Below, in pieces: positions 1-11,200 of a DNA stretch of 37,209 bases (position 1 is its first letter; each line of letters begins with the position of its first letter). A program made the translations under genes and the position numbers. The notes below the pieces were generated by a model. The model was not told where the DNA came from. It saw nothing but the letters and a program-made list of their open reading frames with translations, and ran no database searches. Source of the DNA: Archangiaceae bacterium (GTDB lineage Bacteria; Myxococcota; Myxococcia; Myxococcales; Myxococcaceae). The DNA lies in contig JAYVCD010000007.1 in the NCBI GenBank assembly GCA_043750125.1, positions 1 through 37,209 of the forward strand, given 5' to 3'.

Positions 1-1
1 C

Positions 2-1366
2 TACCGGATCGGGATCAAGGTGTTCGACGACAAGGGCGCGAAGCTGGCCGACATCAAGATCGGCAACGGCGACTTCTGCGGCTACGTCTTCAGCTTCCCG
101 GACGGCCGCCAGCGCTGCACCCGATGGGTCCAGCGGGTGAAAGACGGGCCGATCGCGCTCGACAACGGAGCGCGGGCGCCGATTCTCGATGACGAAGTGG
201 CCCCCAAGGGGCTGATCACCGCCCCCTGCTTCACCGGACTGCGCTACCTGATTCTGCCGGTGCGCTTCGAGGGCGACATGCTGGGCCGAATCATCTTCGG
301 GCCGTTTCTTCCGGAAGAGATGAAGGGCTTTCCCGATTCGGTCACCGACATTCAGGGCTTTGATGTCGGCAGCGCGCAGGCGCTGGTCGAGAAAGTGCGG
401 CGCGCGCCCGAGAGCACCGTCGCCCGGGTGATGAGCCACTTCGCCCAGGTCTTCGAGACCCTGCTGTTGGCGGGGCAGAAGATGTACCTCACCTCTCAAC
501 TGCACATCGAAGCGACGCTGGAGCAGAACAAAGAGCTCGAGGCCCGCAACACCAAACTTTCCGAGATGAACTCGCGCCTGAAGGAATTGGATCGTCTCAA
601 GTCGAGCTTCCTCGCCACCGTGAGCCACGAGCTGCGCACCCCGCTGACCAGCATCATCGGCTACAGCGAGATGCTCGCCGAAGGCCTGGCCGGCCCGATG
701 AACCAGGAGCAGGTCGACTACGTGCGCACCATCATGGACAAGGGCGAGACCCTGCTGAAGCTCATCTCGTCCATCCTCGACATCTCGCAGATTGAAGCGG
801 GCAAAGTCCGGCTGACGTTCGAGCCGATCGACGTCCAGGAAGTCATCTCGTCGAGCATCTCGTCACTCAAGCCGCAGGCGACGAAGAAGGGCGTGGTGCT
901 CGAGACCCATGTTCCGGCGAAGTTCGATCGGGTGGTCGCAGATCGCGACCGGTTGCGGCAGGTGGTGGTGAACCTGCTGGCCAACGCAGTGAAGTTCACT
1001 CCCAAGGGCGGCAAGGTCTCAGCGAGCCTGACCGCGGTCGAGCATCAGCCCGAGCTCAACGGCGCGGGCTACCGGATCATCGTCGAGGACACCGGGGTGG
1101 GAATTCCAAAGGACCAGTTCGACCGGATTTTTCAAAGCTTCTACCAGGTCGATTCGAGCAGCACCCGCGAGTACGGGGGAGCGGGGCTGGGGCTGGCGAT
1201 CGTCAAGAGCTTCGTCGAAGGCCACGGCGGGCTGGTGCGGGTGACCAGCGAGCTCAACAAGGGAAGTCGCTTCACCGCCATCATGCCGGTGATGCCGCCG
1301 ACCCAGATGGCCAATGTCTCCCCGCCCCAACTGCCGATCATCGAGGAACAGGTCGATCGCTTTTGA
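2..1366 (+). CDS. Sensor histidine kinase with PocR-like N-terminal sensor domain (5' end outside window)
   Basis: Frame is open from base 2 (YRIGIKVFDD...). H-box SHELRTPLTSI, N-box NLLANAVKFT, G1 DTGVGI, G2 GAGLGL. N-terminal FCGYV..RC / PCF.GL...ILPV pattern resembles PocR. Confidence 0.9.
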   Translation, partial: YRIGIKVFDDKGAKLADIKIGNGDFCGYVFSFPDGRQRCTRWVQRVKDGPIALDNGARAPILDDEVAPKGLITAPCFTGLRYLILPVRFEGDMLGRIIFGPFLPEEMKGFPDSVTDIQGFDVGSAQALVEKVRRAPESTVARVMSHFAQVFETLLLAGQKMYLTSQLHIEATLEQNKELEARNTKLSEMNSRLKELDRLKSSFLATVSHELRTPLTSIIGYSEMLAEGLAGPMNQEQVDYVRTIMDKGETLLKLISSILDISQIEAGKVRLTFEPIDVQEVISSSISSLKPQATKKGVVLETHVPAKFDRVVADRDRLRQVVVNLLANAVKFTPKGGKVSASLTAVEHQPELNGAGYRIIVEDTGVGIPKDQFDRIFQSFYQVDSSSTREYGGAGLGLAIVKSFVEGHGGLVRVTSELNKGSRFTAIMPVMPPTQMANVSPPQLPIIEEQVDRF

Positions 1367-1387
1367 GCTTCGGCTGAAAAGGCTCTT

Positions 1388-3259
1388 TCAGGGAAGCAGC
1401 TCGAGGACGTAGGCGCTCCACCGGCTCGAGCCCAACATCGAGCCGCGGCGCGCGTTGAGCTGAGTCGACTGGTAGCCCGTTCCGCCCAGGGTCAGCGAAA
1501 CCGAAACGTCGCCCAGAAAGTCGGTGGCGTTCGTGGTGCCGGGGTGGGTTCCTTCCCCCAGGCTTTGACCGGTCGAGCCCTGTCCGCCGGCGAAGACCAG
1601 GGTCCGGGTGCGGTCGACGGCGGTGACGGTGACACTCGTGGATCCCGTTCCGGCGCCCATCGCGATCGGCACCTGTTGAGCCGACGCGGTCGCTTTGAAG
1701 TCCACCTTCTCGTAGAGCACCGTCGCCAGAGCGGTCGCGCTGCAGAAGGCGTTGGTGCTCCCGTTGCCGCGCGAGAAGTTGACGCTGGTGCCGACCAGCT
1801 CGGGGCGCAGGGCGCGATCGCAGATGCCCGGTCCGATTTTGGGTACTTTCCATTGGGCGAGCAGCACTCCCGATTGGGGCGCCGGGGGGATGACCAGGGT
1901 TCGTTTCGCGCTCGCAGCGGCGAGGTCGGTGAAGGCCCGTTCGACCCCGATGCCGGGCAGGGTGACGACCTGGGCCACCATTTCGTAGGGGCTGCTGCAG
2001 GTGGTGAAAAACGTGAAATCCACCGCGGTGCCTGCGGCGTTGAGGTGGGCTAAGTTGAAGTCGCTTTCGTCGATGATGGTCCCGTCGTTGCGGCTGGCCG
2101 CGAGGACGAATGAGCTTCCCACCGGAGCCGCCGTGGCGAGGGGAACGCTGAGCCCGCCGTCGCAGAAAATCTGCGCCTTTTGCACCGTCGCCCCTTTCAC
2201 CTCGGCCACCTGCCATTGAATCAAGGCGTCGAGCTCGGTTCGTCCCCGACGACAGGTGATGCTCGAAAGTCCGTTCAGCTCGCAGATGACGGCCAGTGCT
2301 CCGGCCGCGTCGCTCGAAGAGGTCACCTGGTAGACGAGGAACGAGTCGCTCAGCATCAGCACCGGCGGCACCACCGCGCAGAGAGTTCCCGCATCGCCGC
2401 CGGCAATCACACACGCGCCGGCACGCACGACGGGCAACACGGTGTGCGGCTGGGTCGCGCTCAAGGTCCCCGACGAGGCGGTCAGGCTGTAGGCAAGCCC
2501 GGTGTTGCGCGCGACGTAGAAGGTCGCGTTCGAGGCCCCCACCGGCACGGTCAGCTGGGTGACCGGCTGGGTGCAGATGGAATCAGAATAGAAAAGGACT
2601 CCTGGGCTGGGCGTCGAGCCCAGCGCCACGGTCAGCGGAACGTTGCTGGTCATCGGCGCGTTGGCCGGGTCTCGTAGCTCAAGCGTGACTGCGCCTGAGC
2701 AGCCGCCGGCCCGAATCGTCTGGGCCGCGGTGGTGAATGCCAGCGCGCTCACCTGCCGGAACGCGCTGGTCGCCTGCTGGCTCGCCCCTTCGAGCCCGGG
2801 AGCGGTGAGCAGGATGTTGAACGTCCCCGCGTCCCCGGCGAAGAACGAGAAGCTGCCTGCGCCCGAATCCGCGGCGAGCGACAAGGGCAGCGGCGTGGTG
2901 CAGCCGGGACCCGAAAAGAAATCGAGCACTCCGCCCGGGCTCGCCGAGATCGACACGGGCGTCTGAATCGAGACCGCGCCTGCTCCCAGGTCATTGCGCA
3001 CCTCGAAGGTCAGCGGGGTGGAGCACGAGCCCACCCCCACGGCCTGAGGAGCGGAGGTGAGGATCAGCCGCAGCGGGCCGGCATCGACTTCATTGCCACC
3101 TCCCCCTCCGTCCAGCCGGTCGCCGTTGACGGCGCACACCCCCGCGCGGTCACAGAAATAGCCGCCGGAGCAGTCGGCGTCGCTCGCGCAGACGAAGGTC
3201 GATTGGCCGAGGTCGGTGCCTTCGCACGCACATCCCGCCAGCCCGGCCCCACCGGCCAA
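1388..3259 (-). CDS. Putative lipoprotein: short Cys-rich motif, two ~110-aa Ig-like repeats, ~350-aa C-terminal domain shared with 8213..12193
   Basis: 623-aa ORF. Lipobox-like LAG-C, CASDADCSGGYFC motif, repeats (LILTSAPQ..CS..FFS..C; LAFTTAAQ..CS..FYSD..C). Start codon uncertain. Confidence 0.8.
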   Translation of the reverse strand: MAGGAGLAGCACEGTDLGQSTFVCASDADCSGGYFCDRAGVCAVNGDRLDGGGGGNEVDAGPLRLILTSAPQAVGVGSCSTPLTFEVRNDLGAGAVSIQTPVSISASPGGVLDFFSGPGCTTPLPLSLAADSGAGSFSFFAGDAGTFNILLTAPGLEGASQQATSAFRQVSALAFTTAAQTIRAGGCSGAVTLELRDPANAPMTSNVPLTVALGSTPSPGVLFYSDSICTQPVTQLTVPVGASNATFYVARNTGLAYSLTASSGTLSATQPHTVLPVVRAGACVIAGGDAGTLCAVVPPVLMLSDSFLVYQVTSSSDAAGALAVICELNGLSSITCRRGRTELDALIQWQVAEVKGATVQKAQIFCDGGLSVPLATAAPVGSSFVLAASRNDGTIIDESDFNLAHLNAAGTAVDFTFFTTCSSPYEMVAQVVTLPGIGVERAFTDLAAASAKRTLVIPPAPQSGVLLAQWKVPKIGPGICDRALRPELVGTSVNFSRGNGSTNAFCSATALATVLYEKVDFKATASAQQVPIAMGAGTGSTSVTVTAVDRTRTLVFAGGQGSTGQSLGEGTHPGTTNATDFLGDVSVSLTLGGTGYQSTQLNARRGSMLGSSRWSAYVLELLP

Positions 3260-3389
3260 TGCCAGAAACAGAGCGGGGAGTTTGCTCGAAATGGACAGGA
3301 GGGAAAACCGGTTCGGATGAACGGAAGAGATTCGCGTTGCACGCGTTCAATGAAGTCTAGCGGCCACGCCTCTATATTGGCCAAACACG

Positions 3390-6300
3390 GTGCTCGAACC
3401 GAATCCTACCTCTGCGCCGGTTTCGGCACCGCTTCCGGTTCCGCCGCCTTACGAAGGGCGCGCCCAGCGTCTGCTTCAGCAGGTGCGTTCACGCCAGCGC
3501 CGCCAGCTTTGGGTGCAGGGTGGGCTGGTGGCCTTCGCGCTCGCAGCCGCACTGGTCATCACCGCGCTGCTGGTGGCCGCCGGAATGCCGCGCCTGGGAA
3601 AGACCGTGCTGTGGGCCGCCGCGGCGCTCTGCCCTGCGGTCGTGGTCTTCTTCGGCGTCGTCCTCGCCCGGCTCCGGGTGGGAGACGATGCGCGCACCGC
3701 CCGGCTGGTGGCCACCCGAGCCCCCGAGCTGTCGCTGGACGTGCTCGCCGCGGTCGAGCTGTCGCGCGCGCTGGGGGAACGCCATGACTTCTCGCCGGCC
3801 CTCGCCCACGCGTTCTTGCGCGAGGTCGACGCGCGCGCCTCGAAGGCCAACCTGGACCAGCTGGTCGATGCCCGCGCCGTCAACCGCACCGCGGGGGTGA
3901 TGGCCCTGGTCGTGCTGTTGTCCGTGGGCGCGCTCGGGATCTGGCGCGAGCGGGCGACCCGGGGAATCAACCTGCTGTTCGCTCCGGCGGCGGCGCGTCA
4001 GGTCCAGCGCCGCGAGCCGATTACCGGCGATGTGACGCTCACCTACCGCTACCCCGCGTATACCGGCCTCAGTCCGCGCACCGTCGAAGGGACCAGCGGC
4101 GAGCTGTCGGCGCTGGCCGGCACCGAAGTGAAGCTCGAGACCCGCGCCGACCGCGACGTAGAGACCGCCGAGTTGGACGTAAACGGGCAGCGCGTCCCGC
4201 TGAAGCGCACCGGGACCCGCGCGCTCGAAGGCACCGTCGTGCTGAGCAAGCCCGGCCAGTACCACTTCCTCTTCCTCGACGGGACGAGCGTGGTGGCCCA
4301 GGGGCCGCAGCTGCCCATTCGAATCGAGGCCGACGCACCGCCCGAAGTCCGACTCAATGGTCCGGCCGACGGGGTGGAAATCGACGGCAACGAGCAGGCG
4401 GTGACAGTGAAGTTCGACGCCAGCGACGACTATGGGCTGTCCGAGCTTTCACTGGTTTTCCGAGCCCCGGGCAAAGCCGAGCAGCGACTGAAGCTCGCCC
4501 ACGATGATGGCCGCAGCACCAAGGGGCAATACCGCTGGGATACCAGCGCGCTCAAGCTGCTCCCGGGTCAGAGCGTCAGCTACTACCTCGAAGCGGTCGA
4601 CAACGACGGCGTCGCGGGCCCGAAGAAGGGGGTCTCGCGCACCCAGGAGCTCAAGCTGTACAGCGCGACCGAGCATCGGCGCGAGGCGGTGCATAAAGCC
4701 GAGCTGCTCTGGGAACGGCTGGTGACCCACCTCGCCGACCGGATGGAGAGCTCGGATCGCCAGGCTCCGAAGCGGGAATTCGATGAGGTGCGCGCCGGCG
4801 CCGCGTTGGACGAACGAGGGATTACCCTTTCCTCCGATGCAATCGAGCTGGCCTCCGAGCTGGGCCGCGAGCGGGACGCACCCAACGAGTTGGTCGATGC
4901 GATTCAAAACGCGGGGGCCCAGTTGCGTGGAGTCGTCGCGTCCACCAGTGGCGCGCGGCGGGTCTACATTCGCCTCAAAGGCTCTGGCCCCGACTTCTCG
5001 GCGCGCCTGGCTTTGATGGCGAGCACCGAGGTGCTGAGCACCGAGAAGAGCGTCCTCTACCTCGAGTCGCTGCTCGATCGTCAGCGGCTCAAAGAGCTGA
5101 AGGAGCTCTCCGAGTTGCTGCGCGCAGATCGCCGCGACATGTCCAAGCTGATGGAAGAGTTTCAGCGCAACAACAAGGACGAGAAGACGCAGGCGAAGTT
5201 GCTCGAACAGATGGAACAGTTGAAGGCCGACATCTCGAAGCTGATGGAACGAATGGCCGAGCTGTCGAAAGGAATTCGCGACGAGCACTTGAACAAAGAG
5301 GCGCTGCAGGAGCTGATGGACAAGCGCGACATGAACGGGGCGCTGGATGAAATGGAGAAGCTGATTCGCGAAGGCAAAGTCGACGAAGCGATGAAGAAGA
5401 TGCAAGAGCTGTCGATGCAGATGGACGAGATGCTGCAAGATCTCGATCAGGCTTCGGACGAGGCAGATCAAGAAGCCGACCCCGAGCTGGCCCAGAAGTT
5501 CGAAGAGTTCAAACAGAACCTCGACGAGACCGTGGGCCAGCAGGCGAAGACCGCCGAGCAGACCCGCGCCCTGCGCGACAAGTACCGCGACCAGATGAAG
5601 CAGCGGGTGGCCAAGAAGGGCGAGGCGCTGAAGGCCGAGCTGCTCAAGAGCACCCAGGAGCTCAAGAAGTCCTACGAGTCGCTGGACACCGAGCACTACG
5701 GCAGCCGGTTCGAGCGGCCCCGCACCGAGGCGCTGCAGGAGCTCGAGCACCTGGAACAGGCGCTGAAGGCCGGAGACTTCGACCTCGCCGCCGAATCGGC
5801 CCAGGCGCTCACTCCCCGCGCGTCCGACCTCGCCTACCACGGGCTCGAGCAGCGCCGGCTCGATGAGCGCTTTGCCAACCCTCCCGAAGTGACCAAACAA
5901 TCGCAGCAGCTGGCAGACCGCCTTCGCAGCGATGCGGACAAGGCGGCGGACATCGAAGAGAAGCTCAAGAGCCTGTTTCCCAACCCGCAGCAGATGATGA
6001 GCGCCGAGGACAAGAAGCAGCTTGGAGAGCTGAGCCAGAAGCAGCGGCAGCTCGAGAAGAAAGGCGAGCAGCTCGAGCAGCAGATGGACGAAATCTCTCA
6101 GCGGGCTCCGGTCTTCAACCCCGAGGCCCGCTCGCAGATGGAACAGGCGGCGCAAAAGATGGCGGGCGCGACGCAGGGCCTCGAGGGCAAGGACGCGCGC
6201 AAGGCGCTGGGCGAGCAGCAGGGCGCCCTGGAAGGAATGCGGGGCCTGCAGCGACAGATGGAACAGTCCCAAGACCAGGGTGGGAAGAAGGGCGGAAAGA

Positions 6301-6497
6301 AGGGCGGGCTGCCGTTGCCGCTGGCGATGGGGGGCCGGGGCCGCGGGGTGAAGAAAGACAAGGTCGAGATTCCCGACGAAGATCCCAACGCGGCTCCGCA
6401 GCAGCTGCGCAAGGACGTGATGGACGCGATGAAGCAGGGCGCGCCGGACCGGTATCGCGAGCAGAACAAGAAGTACTACGAGGAGCTGGTGAAGTGA
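3390..6497 (+). CDS. DUF4175-like membrane protein with Ig-like middle region and long coiled-coil C-terminus
   Basis: Three N-terminal TM segments, YPAYTG and ASDDYGL motifs, Q/E/K-rich coils, C-terminal P..YRE....YYEEL. Located upstream of MoxR/DUF58/BatA. Confidence 0.8.
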   Translation: MLEPNPTSAPVSAPLPVPPPYEGRAQRLLQQVRSRQRRQLWVQGGLVAFALAAALVITALLVAAGMPRLGKTVLWAAAALCPAVVVFFGVVLARLRVGDDARTARLVATRAPELSLDVLAAVELSRALGERHDFSPALAHAFLREVDARASKANLDQLVDARAVNRTAGVMALVVLLSVGALGIWRERATRGINLLFAPAAARQVQRREPITGDVTLTYRYPAYTGLSPRTVEGTSGELSALAGTEVKLETRADRDVETAELDVNGQRVPLKRTGTRALEGTVVLSKPGQYHFLFLDGTSVVAQGPQLPIRIEADAPPEVRLNGPADGVEIDGNEQAVTVKFDASDDYGLSELSLVFRAPGKAEQRLKLAHDDGRSTKGQYRWDTSALKLLPGQSVSYYLEAVDNDGVAGPKKGVSRTQELKLYSATEHRREAVHKAELLWERLVTHLADRMESSDRQAPKREFDEVRAGAALDERGITLSSDAIELASELGRERDAPNELVDAIQNAGAQLRGVVASTSGARRVYIRLKGSGPDFSARLALMASTEVLSTEKSVLYLESLLDRQRLKELKELSELLRADRRDMSKLMEEFQRNNKDEKTQAKLLEQMEQLKADISKLMERMAELSKGIRDEHLNKEALQELMDKRDMNGALDEMEKLIREGKVDEAMKKMQELSMQMDEMLQDLDQASDEADQEADPELAQKFEEFKQNLDETVGQQAKTAEQTRALRDKYRDQMKQRVAKKGEALKAELLKSTQELKKSYESLDTEHYGSRFERPRTEALQELEHLEQALKAGDFDLAAESAQALTPRASDLAYHGLEQRRLDERFANPPEVTKQSQQLADRLRSDADKAADIEEKLKSLFPNPQQMMSAEDKKQLGELSQKQRQLEKKGEQLEQQMDEISQRAPVFNPEARSQMEQAAQKMAGATQGLEGKDARKALGEQQGALEGMRGLQRQMEQSQDQGGKKGGKKGGLPLPLAMGGRGRGVKKDKVEIPDEDPNAAPQQLRKDVMDAMKQGAPDRYREQNKKYYEELVK

Positions 6498-8200
6498 CGG
6501 CCCGCGCTGCGGTGCTGCTGTGCTGCTGCCTGGCGGCGACCGCCGGCGCCGCCACCGACTCGTTCCCCGAGCTGAAGGGAGAAGCGCGGGCCCGGATTCA
6601 GAACCTCGAGCAGTACCTGGCCGACTGGCAGCTGGCCCAGGCGCGCGAAGAGTTGCTCGAGCTGAAGAAGCTCGCCGACGACGACCACGAGGCGGTGCAC
6701 TACTTCTCGGGGCGAATCGCTTTCGAAGAAGGTCGGTACGCCGACGCGGTCAAAGAGCTGACGGCCGCGAAGATCAGCGAAAAACCGGGCGGGTACCTGA
6801 GCCTGGCCAGGGACACCCAGCGGCTGACCGCCGAATACGCCCACGCCCAGAGCGCGCACTTCATCTTCAGCTACCCGAAGGGGAAGGACGAGATCCTCGT
6901 CCCCTGGGCGCTCGAAGGGCTCGAGTCGATGCGGACCGCGATGGAAAAAGATCTCGGGTGGGCCCCGAAAGAAAAGGTGCGGGTCGAGCTGGTCTCCAAC
7001 GCCCACGAGCTTTCGAAGGTGTCGACGCTGACGTTCGAGTCGATTCGCACCACCGGGACGATCGCGATCTGCAAGTTCAATAAGCTGATGGTCACCTCGC
7101 CCAAGGCGGTGGTGCGCGGCTACGACTGGCTCGACACGCTCGCCCACGAGTACGTCCACTACGTCGTCGGCAGCGCGAGCAAGAACACCGTGCCCATCTG
7201 GATGCACGAGGGGCTGGCGAAGTACCTCGAGTCGCGGTGGCGCGGGCCGGCCGGTGCGGCGATGACTCCTTCTTCGCTGGCTTTGCTCGGCTCTCGGGTG
7301 CGCAGCAACAAGCTGATTCCCTTCGAGAAGATGCACCCCTCGATGGCGCTGCTGCCGACCGCCGAGGACGCGGCCACCGCCTTCGCCGAGGTCTTCTTCG
7401 CGATCGAACTCATCCACCGCCAGGGCGGCGAGGCGTCGCTCAAGCTGCTGCTGCAGAAGATGGCGTCGGGGGTGAACGACAAACAAGCGGTCGAGGCGGC
7501 CTTCAAGCAACCGTGGCCCATCTTCGAGAAACATTGGATGGCGCATCTGAAGGCGCAGCCGTTTCCGAAGGACCTCATTCCTCCTTCCAGCCAGGACAAG
7601 AAGGAACTGGTGGAATCGGTGCCGGGGAAGGTCAAAGAGAAGAAAGGGAGGGAAATCAGCTTCGGGGATTTCGCCGAGGTCAAAGAGACCGACGCCCGCA
7701 AGTGGGCGCACCTGGGAGAGCTGATGCGCGAGCGCAACCGGATGACCGCCGCCGCCGAGGATTACGGGCGGGCGCACGCGCTGGTCGGAGATCGCTACGA
7801 GGCGCTGAGCAACAAGTACGCGCTTTCATTGTTGGAGCTCAAACGATTGCCCGAAGCCCAGGCGGTGCTCGAGGGAAGTCTTCGGGTCCACCCGGGCTCG
7901 GCCCAGACCAACGTCCACCTCGGCCGGCTGCTGCTGCGCCAGCGAGACTGGCCCCGCGCGAAGCTCGCGTTCCTCGATGCTTTGGCCGCCAATCCATTCG
8001 ATGAAGAAGTCCACCTCTCGCTCTACAAGATCGCCCGTGCGACTGCAGACGCAGCCCTGACTTCCCGGGCCCAGGCGGCCGCCGCAACGCTGCTGGGTGT
8101 AGGTGCCAATCAGGTCGAGGGGTTGGCCAGGGAGCTGGGGGGTGAAGACCTCGTCACCGCGCCCCTCTCTTCGCAGGATGCCGGGCTGCCGACGAGGTAG
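6494..8200 (+). CDS. Secreted peptidase MA-like zinc metalloprotein with TPR repeats
   Basis: Signal peptide, LAHEYVH (HExxH) followed by WMHEGLAKY, TPR-like helices at both ends. GTGA overlap with upstream gene. Confidence 0.85.
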   Translation: MTARAAVLLCCCLAATAGAATDSFPELKGEARARIQNLEQYLADWQLAQAREELLELKKLADDDHEAVHYFSGRIAFEEGRYADAVKELTAAKISEKPGGYLSLARDTQRLTAEYAHAQSAHFIFSYPKGKDEILVPWALEGLESMRTAMEKDLGWAPKEKVRVELVSNAHELSKVSTLTFESIRTTGTIAICKFNKLMVTSPKAVVRGYDWLDTLAHEYVHYVVGSASKNTVPIWMHEGLAKYLESRWRGPAGAAMTPSSLALLGSRVRSNKLIPFEKMHPSMALLPTAEDAATAFAEVFFAIELIHRQGGEASLKLLLQKMASGVNDKQAVEAAFKQPWPIFEKHWMAHLKAQPFPKDLIPPSSQDKKELVESVPGKVKEKKGREISFGDFAEVKETDARKWAHLGELMRERNRMTAAAEDYGRAHALVGDRYEALSNKYALSLLELKRLPEAQAVLEGSLRVHPGSAQTNVHLGRLLLRQRDWPRAKLAFLDALAANPFDEEVHLSLYKIARATADAALTSRAQAAAATLLGVGANQVEGLARELGGEDLVTAPLSSQDAGLPTR

Positions 8201-8212
8201 GCTTCGAAGTCC

Positions 8213-11200
8213 TTGCGTACTTCGTCATTCCTGAAGCTGCTCGCCTGCTCGGGGGTCTGTCTGTCTGCCTGCCAGTGCGGTCCGCCCGAGGCTGCACTGC
8301 AGGTCGTCATCAACATCGACGCGGTCGTACCCGCGACCTGCGTCGAGTTCGAAGTCGCGTCCGGCGCGACGGTGCTGGCAGTTCAGAAGCTCCCGCGCCC
8401 CGCAGGCAAAGATTCCTTCCGGGTGGGAGTCAGGAAGTTGGCGCTGCCCGAACACCTGCAGCTGATCGCACGCAGCTATTTGTCCGCCTCGGGTTCCGGC
8501 TGCGCGGAGCCGCGGGCCCAGACGAGCGTCTCGAGCTCGGTGGACGCCCAGTTTCCGAAGACCAACCTGGCGATCTACACGCTCGAGATTCACCCCCCGG
8601 GCCTCGAGCTCGACGCCGATGGCGACGGGCACATTTCGATCGCCAGGGGCGGGGACGACTGCAACGACACCGACAGCGCAATCCACCCCGGCCTTCAGGC
8701 GGCGTGCGGCTCGACCCTCGACAACGACTGCGACGGGAAGATTGGCTGCGCCGATACCGAGTGCGTGGCCGCCGCGATCTGCACCACCTCGCCCGCCGCC
8801 CTCGCTTTCGTCACGCTCGCGGTGCCGGTCAACGCCAACGTCTGCAGCCAGGCACTGACGGTCGAGATGCGCGACGCAAGCATGAGCCCGATCGCAGCCG
8901 CCGTGGACACCCTCGTGGGCCTCGCCGTGAATCCCTCGGGAGGCGTCATCTTCTATTCGGACCCCGCCTGCCTGACCGCGGTGACCCAGGCCACGCTGCG
9001 CACCGGACAATCGCGTGTCTCGTTTCACTTCAAGGCCGCCGCGGCGAGCACCTTCGAGGTCAGTGCGCTCGTCCTGGGGCTGCCCCCCGCGGCCCAGACC
9101 CAGACGGTGACCGCCCTCGCGCCCACCCAGTTGGTGTTCGCCACTTCCTCCCAGGGCATCCTGGCGGGCGCCTGCTCGAGCGGAGTGACGGTTCAGACCC
9201 GCGACGGGGCAAACTCTGTAGCGCCGGTGAGCGCCGCGACGTCGATTGCCTTGAGCACCACCGGCGTCGCGGTCACCCTGTTCTCGGACGCGAGCTGCCT
9301 GACGGTGATCTCCGCTCCGGTTCCCCTCGCAGCGGGGGACTCTTCGATTGGCTTTTTTTTCAAGGGGACGGTCCCGGGAGCGTTGAGCCTCACCGCTGCT
9401 TCCGCCGGCCTGGCTTCCGCAATCCAGCCGCAGACCATTGGCGGAGGTCTTCCTTCCAGGCTCGGCTTCAGCCCGGCGCAGGCTCTGAGCGCAGGGCAAT
9501 GCAGCAGCCCCGCGTACGTCGAGACGCAGGACGTGAACGGGAGCGCCTCGAACATCTCGGGGTCGGCGCTGGCGGTCACGCTGGGGGGCCCGGCCCCGAG
9601 CTTCGCCTTCTTTTCGGACGCGGCCTGCTCCACGGCGGTCACGGGCCCGCTGAGCATTCCGGTCGGCGGCACCCGGGCGCCCTTTCACTTCAAAGGCACG
9701 GCGGCGGGCCCACAGACCATCAGCGCGACGGCCACGGCACTGACAGCCGCGATGCGCACCCACACCGTGAGCGCCGCGGCGCCCAGCGTGCTGGTCTTCA
9801 CTTCGGCGGTGCAATCGCAGGCGGCAGGCACCTGTTCCCAGTTTGACCTCGAAGCGCGCGATGCCTTCGGCAACCCTTCCGCGCCGGGAGCAGTCGCTGC
9901 GGTCGCGCTGACCTCGAGCGTGGCCGCGACGTTCAGCGCAACGGCGGGGTGCGCAGCGCAGGTCTCCTCGGTTGGCCTCACCGGCACCACGGTCAGCTTC
10001 TTCGCGCGCAGCAGCACTCTGGGCCCCGACAGTCTCACCGCCACCGCGCCGTTTGCCAGCGCGAGCCAGACGTACACGGTCACCGCCGCGGCGCAGGCGC
10101 GCCTGGTCTTCACGGTTCAACCGACCTCTGCGGCCTCTGGGTCGTCGATCGCTCCCGCGGTGCAGGTCAGTGTTCAAGATGCGCTGGGGAACCCGGTGGT
10201 TTCGACCGCGATGATCACCTTGTCGCTCGCCACCAACCCGGGCTCCGGAGTCCTTTCTGGAACGCTCACCGCGGCCGCCGTCGCAGGGGCGGCGAGCTTC
10301 GCTGGTCTTTCCATCGACAAGGCGGGCAGTGGCTACAGCCTGCTGGCGACTTCGACGGGCCTGACTTCAGTCACCAGTGGGGTCTTCAACATCACGGCCG
10401 GACCTGCCACCCGGTTGGTCATTCTGGGCACCCGGTTGACGCTTCCGGCGCTGTCTTGCTCTGCGCTTCGGTCGGTCGAGCTCCAGGACGCCAATGGCAA
10501 CCCGGTGCTGGCGGCCGCTGCCACCGCGCTCAACTACACCTCAGCTCCGGGCTCGGCGATGACGACGTTCTACTCGGACCCCGCCTGCGCCGTTCCCGCC
10601 ACCGCCGCGACCCGGACCATTGCCGCGGGCACCAACCAGGTCGGCTTCTACTTCCTCGCCCAGAACGCTGCCCCCACGCTGACGCTCACCGCGTCGCGGG
10701 GCGGCCTGACCAGTGGAACCCAGACCGCCACCATCGTCCCGGCCCTGCCCACCCAGCTGGTATTCACCACTCCCCCTGCGACGGTGGAGGCTGGCTTCTG
10801 CCAGGCCCTCACACTCGAACGGCAGGACTCGGCGGCGCGCCCCACCAGCCCGACCTTCCCGACGTTGGTGACCCGCAGCTCGAGTCCTCTGTCGGGCATC
10901 GAGTTCTTCTCTGATCCCGGCTGCGTCACTGCGCTCGCTGCGACCTTCGACATCCTTTCCGGCACCCCCAGCACGGTCGTGTACGTCAAAGGCATCAGCG
11001 GCAGTCTGGCGGGCACGATTCCCGGGGCTCAGACGTACGGGCTGACGGCCAGCGCGACCGGGCTTTCCAATGGCACCCTGAATGTCATCGTGTTGCCGAT
11101 GGTGCGCCGCGGCGGGTGCACCCTGCTCAATGGGAGCAACATGGTCACCTGTCCGGTGACTCCCGCAATTCCGGGTGGCGTCATCGCGCGCACGTTTCTC

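Noticed and set aside
4449-6272. Long antisense ORFs (also 8225..10177, 33366..34994, 35036..36199)
   Set aside because: Shadow ORFs expected from high-GC codon bias opposite well-supported genes. No recognisable motifs.
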